This document shows, in pieces, positions 9,145-18,578 of a stretch of DNA of 64,000 bases. The stretch is from a bacterium (lineage in GTDB: Bacteria > Chlamydiota > Chlamydiia > Chlamydiales > 2-12-FULL-49-11): the NCBI GenBank assembly GCA_021847505.1, contig JAJZEO010000132.1, positions 815 to 64,814 on the forward strand. The letters run 5' to 3'. The stretch's first letter is position 1. Every line of letters starts with the position of its first letter. A program made the position numbers and the translations under genes. Below the pieces are notes generated by a model that worked only from the letters and a program-made list of their open reading frames with translations, did not search any database and had not been told where the DNA came from.

Positions 9145-9567
9145 ATGAAGCTTTCGATACGTCCATTTATCTTGCTTGAGGTATTACTTGCCATCTCTAT
9201 TTTGGCATTGGTCATCGTTCCCCTCTCTTCATTTCCTTTCAAAGCCTCAAAGAAAGAGCGGGAGATGATGGCTCTCATCGAGTCTGAGCGGATCCTGGGT
9301 CTTGCCCATGCTGATCTCTTGGCACACCTCGAAGAGCACCCCCCCACCAATCAAGCATCTACTGAACAAACTATCGATCTGGGCGATTACGAAGTTGACC
9401 TTTCCCCTCTGGGAAAGTTTTCCTATCATGCCACGGCTCAGCTCACCCCAAAAAAAGAGAAAGAGCCCCATCGTCTTTATGCGATTGAACTCTCCCTTTC
9501 ATCTTCCAAAAAACAAACTCTCCCCCCCTGCAAACGCACCTTGATGATTACAAGAAATATTTCTTAA
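9145..9567 (+). CDS. pseudopilin-like protein (degenerate prepilin N-terminal methylation motif)
   Basis: N-terminus MKLSIRPFILLEVLLAISILALVIV: a short basic leader, then F-x-L-L-E with Glu at +5 and a hydrophobic helix, as in T2SS/type IV pilin-like proteins. The usual Gly before Phe is Pro. Confidence 0.55.
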   Translation: MKLSIRPFILLEVLLAISILALVIVPLSSFPFKASKKEREMMALIESERILGLAHADLLAHLEEHPPTNQASTEQTIDLGDYEVDLSPLGKFSYHATAQLTPKKEKEPHRLYAIELSLSSSKKQTLPPCKRTLMITRNIS

Positions 9568-9639
9568 TCTAAATCTTTGTCAATAAACACACTTTCATAA
9601 CTATTGCAATTAATTCATAAATGTCCCATGGTGCGAATT

Positions 9640-11496
9640 ATGGAGAAACAGATTTTTAAGCCATATGTCGCATCGAAGGAAAAAGTCCCTGAATTTACTG
9701 TTCGGAGCTTGATTCTAGGTGTCCTCCTCGGCATTTTCTTTGCAGTGGGAAACACTTATCTGGGTTTAAAGGTCGGTTTGACCATTTCGGCATCGATCCC
9801 CGCCGCGGTACTTTCAATGGCCATTTTACGCTCCATGTTTCGCAATGTTTCAATCTTGGAAAACAACATCGTCCAAACTACTGCATCCGTGGGTGAAGGG
9901 CTAGCCGCAGGGATCATTTTCAGTGTTCCCGCCTTATTTATGCTCGGTGTCGGTATTTCCAATACTAAAGTCTTCCTATTATCCTTCCTCGGAGGGATCT
10001 TGGGAATCTTGTTTATGATCCCCATGAGACGTTATATTATTGTGAAAGAACATCATGTGCTCCCTTTTCCTGAGGGAACTGCATGTGCAGCAATATTAAA
10101 GGCAGGCGCATCGGCAGGAAAAAATGCCATGATGGCCCTGTGGGGAATTCTTCTCGGCGGATTTTACAAAGTCTGCATGAACATCTTCAATTTATTTACC
10201 GACGTAGCGGCCTTTGTCATTCAACCGTTTGAAAATACGCAATTTCGAATTGATGCCTCACCGGCTCTTCTTGGAGTGGGGTATATTATTGGGCCAAGGC
10301 TTTGTATGGTGACCATGGCCGGGGGAGCTGTGGGTTGGTGGGTATTGATCCCCCTAATTAAAATGTATGGAGCAGGGCACGTAGAGATTTTCCCTGGAAC
10401 TATCCCGATTGAACAAATGGATGCGATGGATATTTGGTCAAACTATATCCGTTACATTGGTGCAGGGTGTGTAGCAATCGGAGGTCTATACAACCTCGCT
10501 TGCATTTTTCCCATGATCCTGCGCACAGTCCATGTAGGATTTAAGGAGCTTTTTTCAGGAATGAAAGGGGCCCATCTTGAGCGTACAGATCGGGATATTT
10601 CCATGGGATGGCTGATCATAGGATCATTGGGCATCATGATCATGCTTTGGCTTATTCCCGGGATCGGGATGAATTTCTTTACAGTCTTCCTTTTTGCTAT
10701 ACTGGGTTACTTTTTTGTGGCCGTCACCTCAATTACTGTAGGACTCGTCGGCAGCTCATCGAATCCTGCTTCGGGAATGGTGATTACCACCCTCCTAGTG
10801 ACCGGTCTAATTTTTTCATTGCTTGGTTGGACTGAAAGGATTTACCTCGTCATGGCCATTACCATGAGTGCTGCTGTCAACGTCGCCATTTGCCTTGCAT
10901 CAACAACCTCTCAAGATTTGAAAACTGGATACATTTTAGGGGCGACCCCAAGATGGCAACAACTTGCTGAAATGGTAGGATTAGTAGTCCCCTCTCTCTT
11001 TATCGGTACAATTCTTGTTCTACTAAACAAAGTCTATGTCTTTGGTTCCGCCGCTCTTCCGGCGCCGCAAGCCACTCTACTGTCGATTGTGGCAAAAGGT
11101 GTCATCGAAAGACAACTACCCACTATGCTCGTGGTGATTGGGATTATCCTAGGGATCATCGTACTCCTCCTAGGCGCTAAAATTCTCCCCTTTGCGATCG
11201 GGCTTTACCTTCCTCTTGAAATTTCCACCGCGATGATGGTCGGAGGGATTGCAAGAGCAATCGTCCATCAAGCGGTTCATAGGAATAAAGTCGATGAAAG
11301 TGGCATTCTCACCGCCTCGGGAATGGTCGCGGGTGACGCCTGCATGGGGGTAATCGTTGCCCTCCTCACGGTTTTGGGAATCCTCGATGTCAATGCCAAA
11401 CCCATTTACGGCCCCGGTGTGTCGGTCTTTTGTTTCCTCGTACTGACCGCCATTTTCATAGCCCTTTGCCTCCGCAAGAAAATCGCCGAGCAATAA
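9640..11496 (+). CDS. oligopeptide transporter, OPT family
   Basis: Polytopic ~620-aa membrane protein. The N-terminus EFTVRSLILGVLLGIFFAVGNTYLGLKVGLTISASIPAAVLSMAIL is typical of bacterial OPT transporters. ATG 9640 is preferred over TTG 9604. Confidence 0.8.
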   Translation: MEKQIFKPYVASKEKVPEFTVRSLILGVLLGIFFAVGNTYLGLKVGLTISASIPAAVLSMAILRSMFRNVSILENNIVQTTASVGEGLAAGIIFSVPALFMLGVGISNTKVFLLSFLGGILGILFMIPMRRYIIVKEHHVLPFPEGTACAAILKAGASAGKNAMMALWGILLGGFYKVCMNIFNLFTDVAAFVIQPFENTQFRIDASPALLGVGYIIGPRLCMVTMAGGAVGWWVLIPLIKMYGAGHVEIFPGTIPIEQMDAMDIWSNYIRYIGAGCVAIGGLYNLACIFPMILRTVHVGFKELFSGMKGAHLERTDRDISMGWLIIGSLGIMIMLWLIPGIGMNFFTVFLFAILGYFFVAVTSITVGLVGSSSNPASGMVITTLLVTGLIFSLLGWTERIYLVMAITMSAAVNVAICLASTTSQDLKTGYILGATPRWQQLAEMVGLVVPSLFIGTILVLLNKVYVFGSAALPAPQATLLSIVAKGVIERQLPTMLVVIGIILGIIVLLLGAKILPFAIGLYLPLEISTAMMVGGIARAIVHQAVHRNKVDESGILTASGMVAGDACMGVIVALLTVLGILDVNAKPIYGPGVSVFCFLVLTAIFIALCLRKKIAEQ

Positions 11497-11567
11497 CCCT
11501 CTAGTTATTAAGCTAATCCATCAAATTGCCGCTGGTCGATATAATTGAGCTCAAAGGAGCTTTTCTT

Positions 11568-11852
11568 ATGGCTAATTCATGCACACTCGCTGCAGACGGC
11601 TATAATAACGGCGCTAACTTTTCAGGATGCAATTTTCAAGGCAAGGATCTTTCTGAGGCAGCCCTTATTGAGGCAAACCTTGCTGGGGCAAACCTTACCG
11701 GGGCAAACCTTAGTAAGGCAGACCTTATTCAGGCAAACCTTGCTGGGGCAAACCTTAGTAAGGCAATCCTTGCTAGTGTAAACATGATTTATATGACTAC
11801 TACCGACACCACAATATGCCCAGATGGCTCAAAAGGTCCATGTAAATTCTAA
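11568..11852 (+). CDS. pentapeptide-repeat protein
   Basis: ANFSGCNFQGKDLSEAALIEANLAGANLTGANLSKADLIQANLAGANLSKAIL is a run of A(D/N)LxG-type pentapeptides. ATG 11568 is preceded by aaaggag (11553-11559). Confidence 0.85.
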   Translation: MANSCTLAADGYNNGANFSGCNFQGKDLSEAALIEANLAGANLTGANLSKADLIQANLAGANLSKAILASVNMIYMTTTDTTICPDGSKGPCKF

Positions 11853-11889
11853 TCGATTTTTCCTTAGCAGATTATTTGAGGAACTTGGT

Positions 11890-12120
11890 ATGATCCCCTT
11901 CTTTCGGATGGAGGGAGTTATGAAATTGGTCACCAAGGGACTTGTGAATAAAATTTTAGAAGTCGACGATGAACCCGCTAAGCTTCCTACCGAATCTGTC
12001 GATAACATGAATCTTGCCTTCCAGACGACTACCCACCCTTACCATGGCTGTGGTAAAATCGCCAACACCCCCTTCAACGACCCGACCCTATTTATCATCT
12101 ATTTTCAAAGAATTCTATGA
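11890..12120 (+). CDS. small hypothetical protein (weak call)
   Basis: Its stop overlaps the next gene's ATG (ATGA at 12117-12120), which suggests translational coupling. No recognisable motif, and the start is uncertain. Confidence 0.3.
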   Translation: MIPFFRMEGVMKLVTKGLVNKILEVDDEPAKLPTESVDNMNLAFQTTTHPYHGCGKIANTPFNDPTLFIIYFQRIL

Positions 12121-12644
12121 TCCGCAAGAGATCTTTAACTTTGATTGAGGTTTGCATCGCCTTTGGGGTGCTTGCCGTTTGTTTTACGGTGGTTTTTTCA
12201 AATTTAAGTTCCTCTTCAAAACTCCTTGCCAAAACTGAGGAGGCGCGGCTTATCTCGATGAGAAAGCAGTATTTTATGGAGAGGATCGTCTCGATAGTCG
12301 AGCATCTTACCCCCGATTCTTTACAGGTGGAGGAGAAAAAAGTGGGGAGCGAAACGTTTCCTGTTCTCACCTTCGTCTATGAAAATGGTCTTGATCGGGA
12401 GAGGATCTTTTCCGGGCAAAGACGGGGAGAGCTAGAATTGAAAGAGGGGCAGATCATCCTCTCTACGTTTTCAAAGGAGGGAGATGAGATGCGAGAGGAA
12501 GTTCTATTCCCTGGCGTTTCAACCGTTTCGTTCGATCTTAAAACCCCTTCAGTATTGAGAATTGAGATCACCGATCTTGCCAAGCAAACTCTACCTTTTG
12601 CCTTTGTCACGGTTCCTAAAAAAGAAAAGCCGGTGGTCTCATGA
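12117..12644 (+). CDS. pseudopilin-like protein (degenerate prepilin motif)
   Basis: N-terminus MIRKRSLTLIEVCIAFGVLAVCFTVVF: a basic leader, L-T-L-I-E with Glu at +5, and a hydrophobic helix. Confidence 0.55.
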   Translation: MIRKRSLTLIEVCIAFGVLAVCFTVVFSNLSSSSKLLAKTEEARLISMRKQYFMERIVSIVEHLTPDSLQVEEKKVGSETFPVLTFVYENGLDRERIFSGQRRGELELKEGQIILSTFSKEGDEMREEVLFPGVSTVSFDLKTPSVLRIEITDLAKQTLPFAFVTVPKKEKPVVS

Positions 12645-13480
12645 ATGCCCTCCCTTTTGTCGTCATTTTCATCACAATCATCGCGTTAACCTGGTCTTCT
12701 CTCTCTGTCCACTTGACAAATACGCAAATTACCTCGAAGGGGTTTATTTCTCACATGCTTGCCTTCAACGATGCTCGTTCTAAGATCGAAGAGCTACTCT
12801 ACCAGGATCAAACTAAGGAAAAAAAAGAAGAGGAGTCTGAGGCTAATGATCGTTCAGAGAAAGTTTACAAATCTCCTAGGCTAAATTTCCATAAGGAAAG
12901 TTCTAAGCTCTTTCTCTCAAAGGATTCCGATAAGGAGATCAAAAAGGCCTTTGAGTCTTTGATCGACCAACTGTATCTGGGGGCCCCTTTCTATGAGAAG
13001 AGACTTGCAGAGCGGATTTCAGAAGTGCTTTTTCCTCTCCTTCATCGGCCTATTGAGCTCCATACTGTCACATTTGAAGAGGATGATCTCGATGAGGCGT
13101 GGTACCAAATGCTCAAGGGAGGTGCTTTCCCCTCACTCTCCGATTACGTTGCCCTTGGAAAACCGGGGCAGCTCCCTCTCTATGCCCGCTATGCCTCCAT
13201 CCCTGTTCTGGAGGCTTTGCTTGGCGCCTCTATCACACATGACCTTTTACAGTCCGAAGAAGAGCGGTATTACAATGAGACCACAAAACAGTCGCTTCTT
13301 CCTGAAACTGAATTTACGACGCTTTTATCAAAACACAATCTTTCTCAGCTGAAAAAGTATTTCGATTTTTCGGCTTCTCCCAAGGTAGAGCAAGTGATCG
13401 AAGGGCATGAGGGGGAACTTGTAGTGGCTATTAAGCTACAAGCGGGGCAGGAGAATGTGGAAAGTCGTCCCCAGCCCTAG
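12641..13480 (+). CDS. membrane-anchored hypothetical protein; its position suggests a GspK-like minor pseudopilin
   Basis: ATG overlaps the upstream stop (ATGA). Single N-terminal hydrophobic anchor MNALPFVVIFITIIALTW without Glu+5. The function is inferred from context only. Confidence 0.4.
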   Translation: MNALPFVVIFITIIALTWSSLSVHLTNTQITSKGFISHMLAFNDARSKIEELLYQDQTKEKKEEESEANDRSEKVYKSPRLNFHKESSKLFLSKDSDKEIKKAFESLIDQLYLGAPFYEKRLAERISEVLFPLLHRPIELHTVTFEEDDLDEAWYQMLKGGAFPSLSDYVALGKPGQLPLYARYASIPVLEALLGASITHDLLQSEEERYYNETTKQSLLPETEFTTLLSKHNLSQLKKYFDFSASPKVEQVIEGHEGELVVAIKLQAGQENVESRPQP

Positions 13481-14566
13481 CTGTGATGTGGCCCATATCT
13501 TTCCCTGATGTTGTTCAATCACCGTCTTGACAATGGCAAGGCCAAGGCCAGCCCCCCCCATCTTTCTTGAATGGCTTTTATCGACGGTGTAAAATCGATC
13601 AAATATTTTTGTCAGTTCACTCTCGGCAATCCCCATCCCCCGGTCCTGCACCTTAATTTGTACACTATCTTCTCCAGCGTCGACGGTGATGGTGATTTTA
13701 GCGGGTGCTTCGGAATATTTCACTGCGTTTTTCAATAGGTTGAAAATGGCTAATTCAAGAAGTGAAGGATCTCCCCAAATGTCTACCTGATCGGCATTGT
13801 GAAGTTGTTCGATGTCTGTTTCAGGGCTGACGTTGACGAGTGTGTAACAAGCCTCGTCAATGATGGAAATGAGCTCACACTCTTTCATTTGAACACCGGT
13901 CGAGTCGAGGTCAGCAAGAGTGAGTAAATTTTTTACTAAAACCTCCATTCGTTCGCAATTCCGAATGATTTTGCCCATAATTGAATCAAACATCTCTTCT
14001 GAGATCTCTTTTAAATCGAGCAGTGTTTCGGCAAATCCGCGGATGATCGTAATCGGGGTACGAAGTTCATGGGAAGCATTGGCGATAAAATCTTTTCCCA
14101 TCTCAATCATTTTTTGTTGATTCGAATGGTCTTTCAAAATGATGCTAAGGCCATGATCATCTTCTGATAAGACAACCACCATCTCCAGGTGATTGACAAA
14201 TGTCCTGACCCTCCCCCTCTCGGCACGGGCTTGATTGACCAATACTCCGACCTCTCTGAGGGCCTGATTATCAGTGCTTGCAGCTACTTCAGTAATTTTT
14301 TTTGACAAGATCGAGCTACTTTTTAGCCCCAGAAGAGCTTGCGCGCGCCTATTGAGAAAGGTAATCCTTTCTTCACGGTCGCAGGTGATGACCCCTTCGT
14401 CGATGTTTTCTAGGATGACTCTCTTTTCCGCAAACAACACCTCTCCTCTAAGGGAGAACAGCTTGGCCCGATCAACGGCCTCTCCATAGCTCCTCTTCAA
14501 AGGACGCAAATAAAGCCATCCCCCAAAACCGGCTAAACCAATCACTGCTGCAAATTCGACAATCAT
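13436..14566 (-). CDS. sensor histidine kinase (PAS + HisKA + HATPase_c)
   Basis: H-box ASHELRTPITIIRGFAETL. N-box LLKNAVKYS. G-boxes DRGMGI and GGAGLGLAIVK. N-terminal TM segment. No response regulator is adjacent. Confidence 0.85.
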   Translation of the reverse strand: MIVEFAAVIGLAGFGGWLYLRPLKRSYGEAVDRAKLFSLRGEVLFAEKRVILENIDEGVITCDREERITFLNRRAQALLGLKSSSILSKKITEVAASTDNQALREVGVLVNQARAERGRVRTFVNHLEMVVVLSEDDHGLSIILKDHSNQQKMIEMGKDFIANASHELRTPITIIRGFAETLLDLKEISEEMFDSIMGKIIRNCERMEVLVKNLLTLADLDSTGVQMKECELISIIDEACYTLVNVSPETDIEQLHNADQVDIWGDPSLLELAIFNLLKNAVKYSEAPAKITITVDAGEDSVQIKVQDRGMGIAESELTKIFDRFYTVDKSHSRKMGGAGLGLAIVKTVIEQHQGKIWATSQLGLGTTFHILLPRL

Positions 14567-14643
14567 AGAGAACTATAATGTCGGGCAGGGGCTTTTCTTT
14601 CCAGGATATTGAAAATTTTCTCAAAATAGACTATGCGGAACTC

Positions 14644-15960
14644 ATGTGTTCGATTTTTCTCTATAACTTCAAAGTTACAAAAAATTTATTAGATGATGCT
14701 AATCAACTCCTCAAACTTCGTGGGCCTGATCAAACTCATATACTCGAAAACTCTCCCTTCACGTTCGTTCACAACTTATTAGCTATCACCGGGAGAAAAA
14801 CTCTACAACCCTTCGTAGAAGGCAATATAGTCGCACTCTATAATGGGGAAATTTACAATTATCGCGATTTTGACAGCCGATTCACCTCTGATGGGGAATG
14901 TTTAATCCCTCTATATAAGAAGTGGGGAACAGAATTTGTCGATCATTTGGATGGAGAATTTGTCCTTTGTCTCTTTGACTTTGATCGGGGGATCTTTTTT
15001 ATCGCATCTGATCCATTTCGTACCAAGCCTCTTTTTTATGCAATTGAAAATGACCGCCTAGCGATATCCAGTTATGCATCTCCTCTAAAAGTTCTTGGGC
15101 TTAATTCCATAAAATCGATTCCTTGTAATTCCATCATTACTTTCGACCTTAAATCGCTTAAACAAAAAGAGCGTAGAACCATATTTCCCTTTTCACTAGA
15201 GCAAACAGTCCCTTCTTATGATCGGTTTTTTGAAGCCTTAGAAAAAAGCGTTGATAAACGGTCCTACGACCCTATGGTAATCACGATGAGCAGTGGTTAC
15301 GATTGCGGTACCATTGCCGCTGCTATGCATCGGTTGAATAAACCTTATCATGTGATTACTTTCAACAATAATGGAAGAGAAAATCCTGGTATATTGAGTG
15401 AACGACAAAAAAAATGCCCTGGAAAGTTTCATTCCATTTATTGGACTTCTTCAGAAAAAAATAGATACCTAAAGCAAGTTAGAGAACAAGGGAAACATGA
15501 TATCTCACCAAAAATATTGGCTGACCCTACTGCAGCTGTATTCGCTTCTGCTTTTATGATGGAAGCTGCTAAAAACCAAGGTTATAAAGTCCATTTATCA
15601 GGAAGTGGATCAGATGAAATCATTTCAGATTACTGGGGAGGTCTTCTCAGTGGAAACTTTGGCGGTGTTTTTCCAGAAGACCTTTCGACGATTTTTCCCC
15701 GTGATCCGTTAGACACAAAATGTAAATGGCAAAATTTCTACGAAGGGGCTCAATCAAGAAACTTGTTTCGTGAAGAGTTTATTGGGGGCCTTTACGGAAT
15801 CGAAAATCGATACCCCTTCCTTGATAAAAAATTGGTACAAGAATTTCTTAGTCTACGCCCTTCTTTGAAAAATAAGCATTATAAGGCCCCCCTCCGGGAA
15901 TACCTTACCCTCTGCAAATACCCCTTCGATAAAGATAAAAAGATTGGATTGTCGTCTTAG
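14644..15960 (+). CDS. asparagine synthetase-like class II (Ntn) glutamine amidotransferase
   Basis: Start set at ATG 14644 so the protein begins MCSIF..., because Ntn amidotransferases need Cys2 as the nucleophile. LRGPDQ, YNGEIYNY, DGEF..C.FD and DPFRTKPLFY are AsnB-type GATase motifs. MSSGYDCG is a PP-loop-like SGG.DS region. Confidence 0.75.
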   Translation: MCSIFLYNFKVTKNLLDDANQLLKLRGPDQTHILENSPFTFVHNLLAITGRKTLQPFVEGNIVALYNGEIYNYRDFDSRFTSDGECLIPLYKKWGTEFVDHLDGEFVLCLFDFDRGIFFIASDPFRTKPLFYAIENDRLAISSYASPLKVLGLNSIKSIPCNSIITFDLKSLKQKERRTIFPFSLEQTVPSYDRFFEALEKSVDKRSYDPMVITMSSGYDCGTIAAAMHRLNKPYHVITFNNNGRENPGILSERQKKCPGKFHSIYWTSSEKNRYLKQVREQGKHDISPKILADPTAAVFASAFMMEAAKNQGYKVHLSGSGSDEIISDYWGGLLSGNFGGVFPEDLSTIFPRDPLDTKCKWQNFYEGAQSRNLFREEFIGGLYGIENRYPFLDKKLVQEFLSLRPSLKNKHYKAPLREYLTLCKYPFDKDKKIGLSS

Positions 15961-16012
15961 ATATAGTGGTTTGAAAAAGATTAAGATCATGATCAAGAAA
16001 TTTTTCCTGATA

Positions 16013-18550
16013 TCAGTATTTGACTCGGAAGACGGGGACAGGGTGCGAGATTCCAAAGAAGTTCGCTGGGGGAAGCTCTTCTACCTCTATCCGGGCTCTA
16101 ACATTGGGATAATTGAGCACTTCCTGGCTGATCAAGATTTCCATCTCCCCTGCGTGTTCGCAAAAGCGGTGAGCTAGGTTAACGTTGTGCCCCAATACGG
16201 TATAGTTTAGGTGGTTTTCAGCACCCATATTTCCTGCAATCACCTCTCCTACGTGAATGCCGATTCCGATGGTGAGCTGTCGATAGCCAATAGATTCGCG
16301 GTGTCGGTTCCATTCTCTCAAGACGCGCATCATGGCGATGGCGCAGAGCACTGCTTGCAAGGGTGGATTCTCCATATCAAGCGGAGCACCAAAGAACGCC
16401 ATGATCTCATCGCCCACATATTTGTCGATCACCCCTTTGTGCTCATCGACTACTGCTGATAAGACGTTCAAGCAATCATTAAGCATGGCCAACACATCTT
16501 GGGGCTGCATGTTCTCCGAAATGTGCGTGAAATGGCGAATATCGGAAAAAAGGACCGCTACGGTTCTCACTTCTCCCCCTAAAACAACCCCTTGGGAAAG
16601 GATTTTTTCAGCCACTTCTTTGTTGACAACCTTATGAAGGAGGGCACGAACCTGGTTTCCTTCCTTCATTTTCTCCACCATGTGCTCAAAAGAAGAAACA
16701 AGGACTCCCATTTCGTCTTTTCTTTGCTTATCTTTTTCAGAAACGTGGACTTTTTCGAGATCTCCCATAGCTACGACTTCAGTATTTTCCACAAGATTTG
16801 CAATCGGTTTCAGTATTCGTCTAATGAAGTAATTGAAAATCAGAAGCACGACTGCAAGCAAAACGATTCCTAACAACACCATTTGCTGCGTCACAACAAT
16901 AAGAAAGTGTTTTCCTTGCTGCTCAATATTGGTGATTTGGTTGTAAAGTTGATCTCGGTATTGAATGATAAATACGTGCGCGTCACCCTCAATGAGATCG
17001 ATGACGTGATAATAATAATATTCCTTACCATCGGTATCGGTCACGATCCCCTGATTTTTCCCACATAACTTCCGCAAAATCCTCTTTTCATCCGAAGTCA
17101 ATGGAATCATAATGCCATGGGTATCAAACATGACAGGCTCACCTTGTTCTGGGAGATAAAGGATACTATCAGGGCAAATAAGGGCCAATAATTCTAGTGT
17201 ATTGGCGATGTTAACACCCAAACTGAGAGTTCCATAATGAGGTACCGATCCATTAGGATCCATCTCGGCATACGTGAGAGTTTTAGTCATAAAAATTACC
17301 GAGGAATCTTCCAAAGGTTGGATAATATTGAATTCTGATGTAAGGCAAGTATTGATCTCTCCTTTTTCGGCAGGGGGTTTACAATTGATTCCCACTGGCA
17401 CAATCGCATCATGAAAAACATCTTTAGTGTGCATGGAAAATCCAACCTTCGTTGAAACTTGCCATTTTTTTGCCGTCTCCGAATTCGGAAATGAGGCGAC
17501 CCCCTTCGGGGCAACACGACTAAAAGGGTCAAAAAACCAAATTCCCGTACTTGTGATAGTGCTCAATTCCCAGATCAATCGGTTTTGGTCATCACGTTCC
17601 TGCCAATCGTGAACAAGTCCCGAAGGTCCATTCTTCTCTTTCGTTTTTAGATAGTTGCACATGTAACTTTCACACGATTCAATCCTGGCAAAGAGTTCAT
17701 CTTCCCCTCCGTGGATTTGCTGGTCGAGCATCGACTTAATCCAGCTAGTATTTTTTGCCTTTTGTAAATATTCAGGCTTTTCCATCAAGTAGCCGCGGAC
17801 TTTAAGAACATCTTTGATTGTCGAATCAATCAAGTTCTTATACACCTTCTTACTTTGGATATTCATCGTAGAAACGAAGGGGCCAGAGGGGGGTGAAAAA
17901 TTTCGCGCATGAAACTCATCTGGCTTTATATCAAGAAGTTGCTCAGGAGTAAACAGTAGCCAGTTATCCCTGGCTGTTTCAATACTGAAGAACAGATCAT
18001 GCTGCCCTAATTGAAAATTCTCCCCTACCTCGTTTGACCAAAAAGGGACACCAATGTAGACTTCCAAATCATTATTCTCATGAACTTCAACGATTAAATT
18101 AAGCCCCTCTGCGAGGGGTATGATATACGAATTATGCAAAAATGGGGGGCGCATCATCATGCATGATGTCAGTTTGTCTCGTACGGTTGTTTGCATAAAA
18201 TCAAGCCAAAGATTAGAGGACAAAAGTGTCGCTGAGTTAGCCCACTGATTTGTCTCAAAATTATAAATTGAAGGAGCATATCGTTCTTTTAACCAGCTAT
18301 ATTCCCCGATGTTGTCAAATAGGGTATTAATTCTTAATTGTTCTTTAGTGATCGCAAGACTCAAAAAGCTTATATAATCGCCGATATCATCGGCACTGTA
18401 CTTTATAAATTCTTGTTCGATTTTTTCTCGAACGTCACTCACCTGTCTCGTTACTGAACCATAGGTCCAAACGATCGACAAAACCTGCATTGCGATGAAA
18501 ACTACCGCAACTAAAATAAATAACCTGGTTTTAAGTTTCATTCTTCCCAT
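16013..18550 (-). CDS. membrane class III adenylate/guanylate cyclase with a large extracytoplasmic sensor domain and HAMP linker
   Basis: The C-terminus VAVLFSDIRHFTHISE...KYVGDEIMAFFGAP...IGIGIHVGEVIAGNMG is the class III cyclase core. Two TM segments bracket a ~520-aa outside domain. Confidence 0.85.
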   Translation of the reverse strand: MGRMKLKTRLFILVAVVFIAMQVLSIVWTYGSVTRQVSDVREKIEQEFIKYSADDIGDYISFLSLAITKEQLRINTLFDNIGEYSWLKERYAPSIYNFETNQWANSATLLSSNLWLDFMQTTVRDKLTSCMMMRPPFLHNSYIIPLAEGLNLIVEVHENNDLEVYIGVPFWSNEVGENFQLGQHDLFFSIETARDNWLLFTPEQLLDIKPDEFHARNFSPPSGPFVSTMNIQSKKVYKNLIDSTIKDVLKVRGYLMEKPEYLQKAKNTSWIKSMLDQQIHGGEDELFARIESCESYMCNYLKTKEKNGPSGLVHDWQERDDQNRLIWELSTITSTGIWFFDPFSRVAPKGVASFPNSETAKKWQVSTKVGFSMHTKDVFHDAIVPVGINCKPPAEKGEINTCLTSEFNIIQPLEDSSVIFMTKTLTYAEMDPNGSVPHYGTLSLGVNIANTLELLALICPDSILYLPEQGEPVMFDTHGIMIPLTSDEKRILRKLCGKNQGIVTDTDGKEYYYYHVIDLIEGDAHVFIIQYRDQLYNQITNIEQQGKHFLIVVTQQMVLLGIVLLAVVLLIFNYFIRRILKPIANLVENTEVVAMGDLEKVHVSEKDKQRKDEMGVLVSSFEHMVEKMKEGNQVRALLHKVVNKEVAEKILSQGVVLGGEVRTVAVLFSDIRHFTHISENMQPQDVLAMLNDCLNVLSAVVDEHKGVIDKYVGDEIMAFFGAPLDMENPPLQAVLCAIAMMRVLREWNRHRESIGYRQLTIGIGIHVGEVIAGNMGAENHLNYTVLGHNVNLAHRFCEHAGEMEILISQEVLNYPNVRARIEVEELPPANFFGISHPVPVFRVKY

Positions 18551-18578
18551 ATAATAGAAATTCCTTTAATACGAAAGT

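Noticed and set aside
9135-9544. Overlapping 71-80-aa ORFs on both strands within the first pseudopilin-like gene
   Set aside because: They are shorter and lack motifs. The 140-aa frame has the pilin-like leader and is the only one with a recognisable feature.
11545-11781. 78-aa alternative-frame ORF (QTLLGQTLPGQTLVRQTL...) inside the pentapeptide gene
   Set aside because: It is a by-product of the 15-nt DNA periodicity. The frame that gives canonical A(N/D)LxG pentapeptides and has an SD-preceded ATG is the real one.
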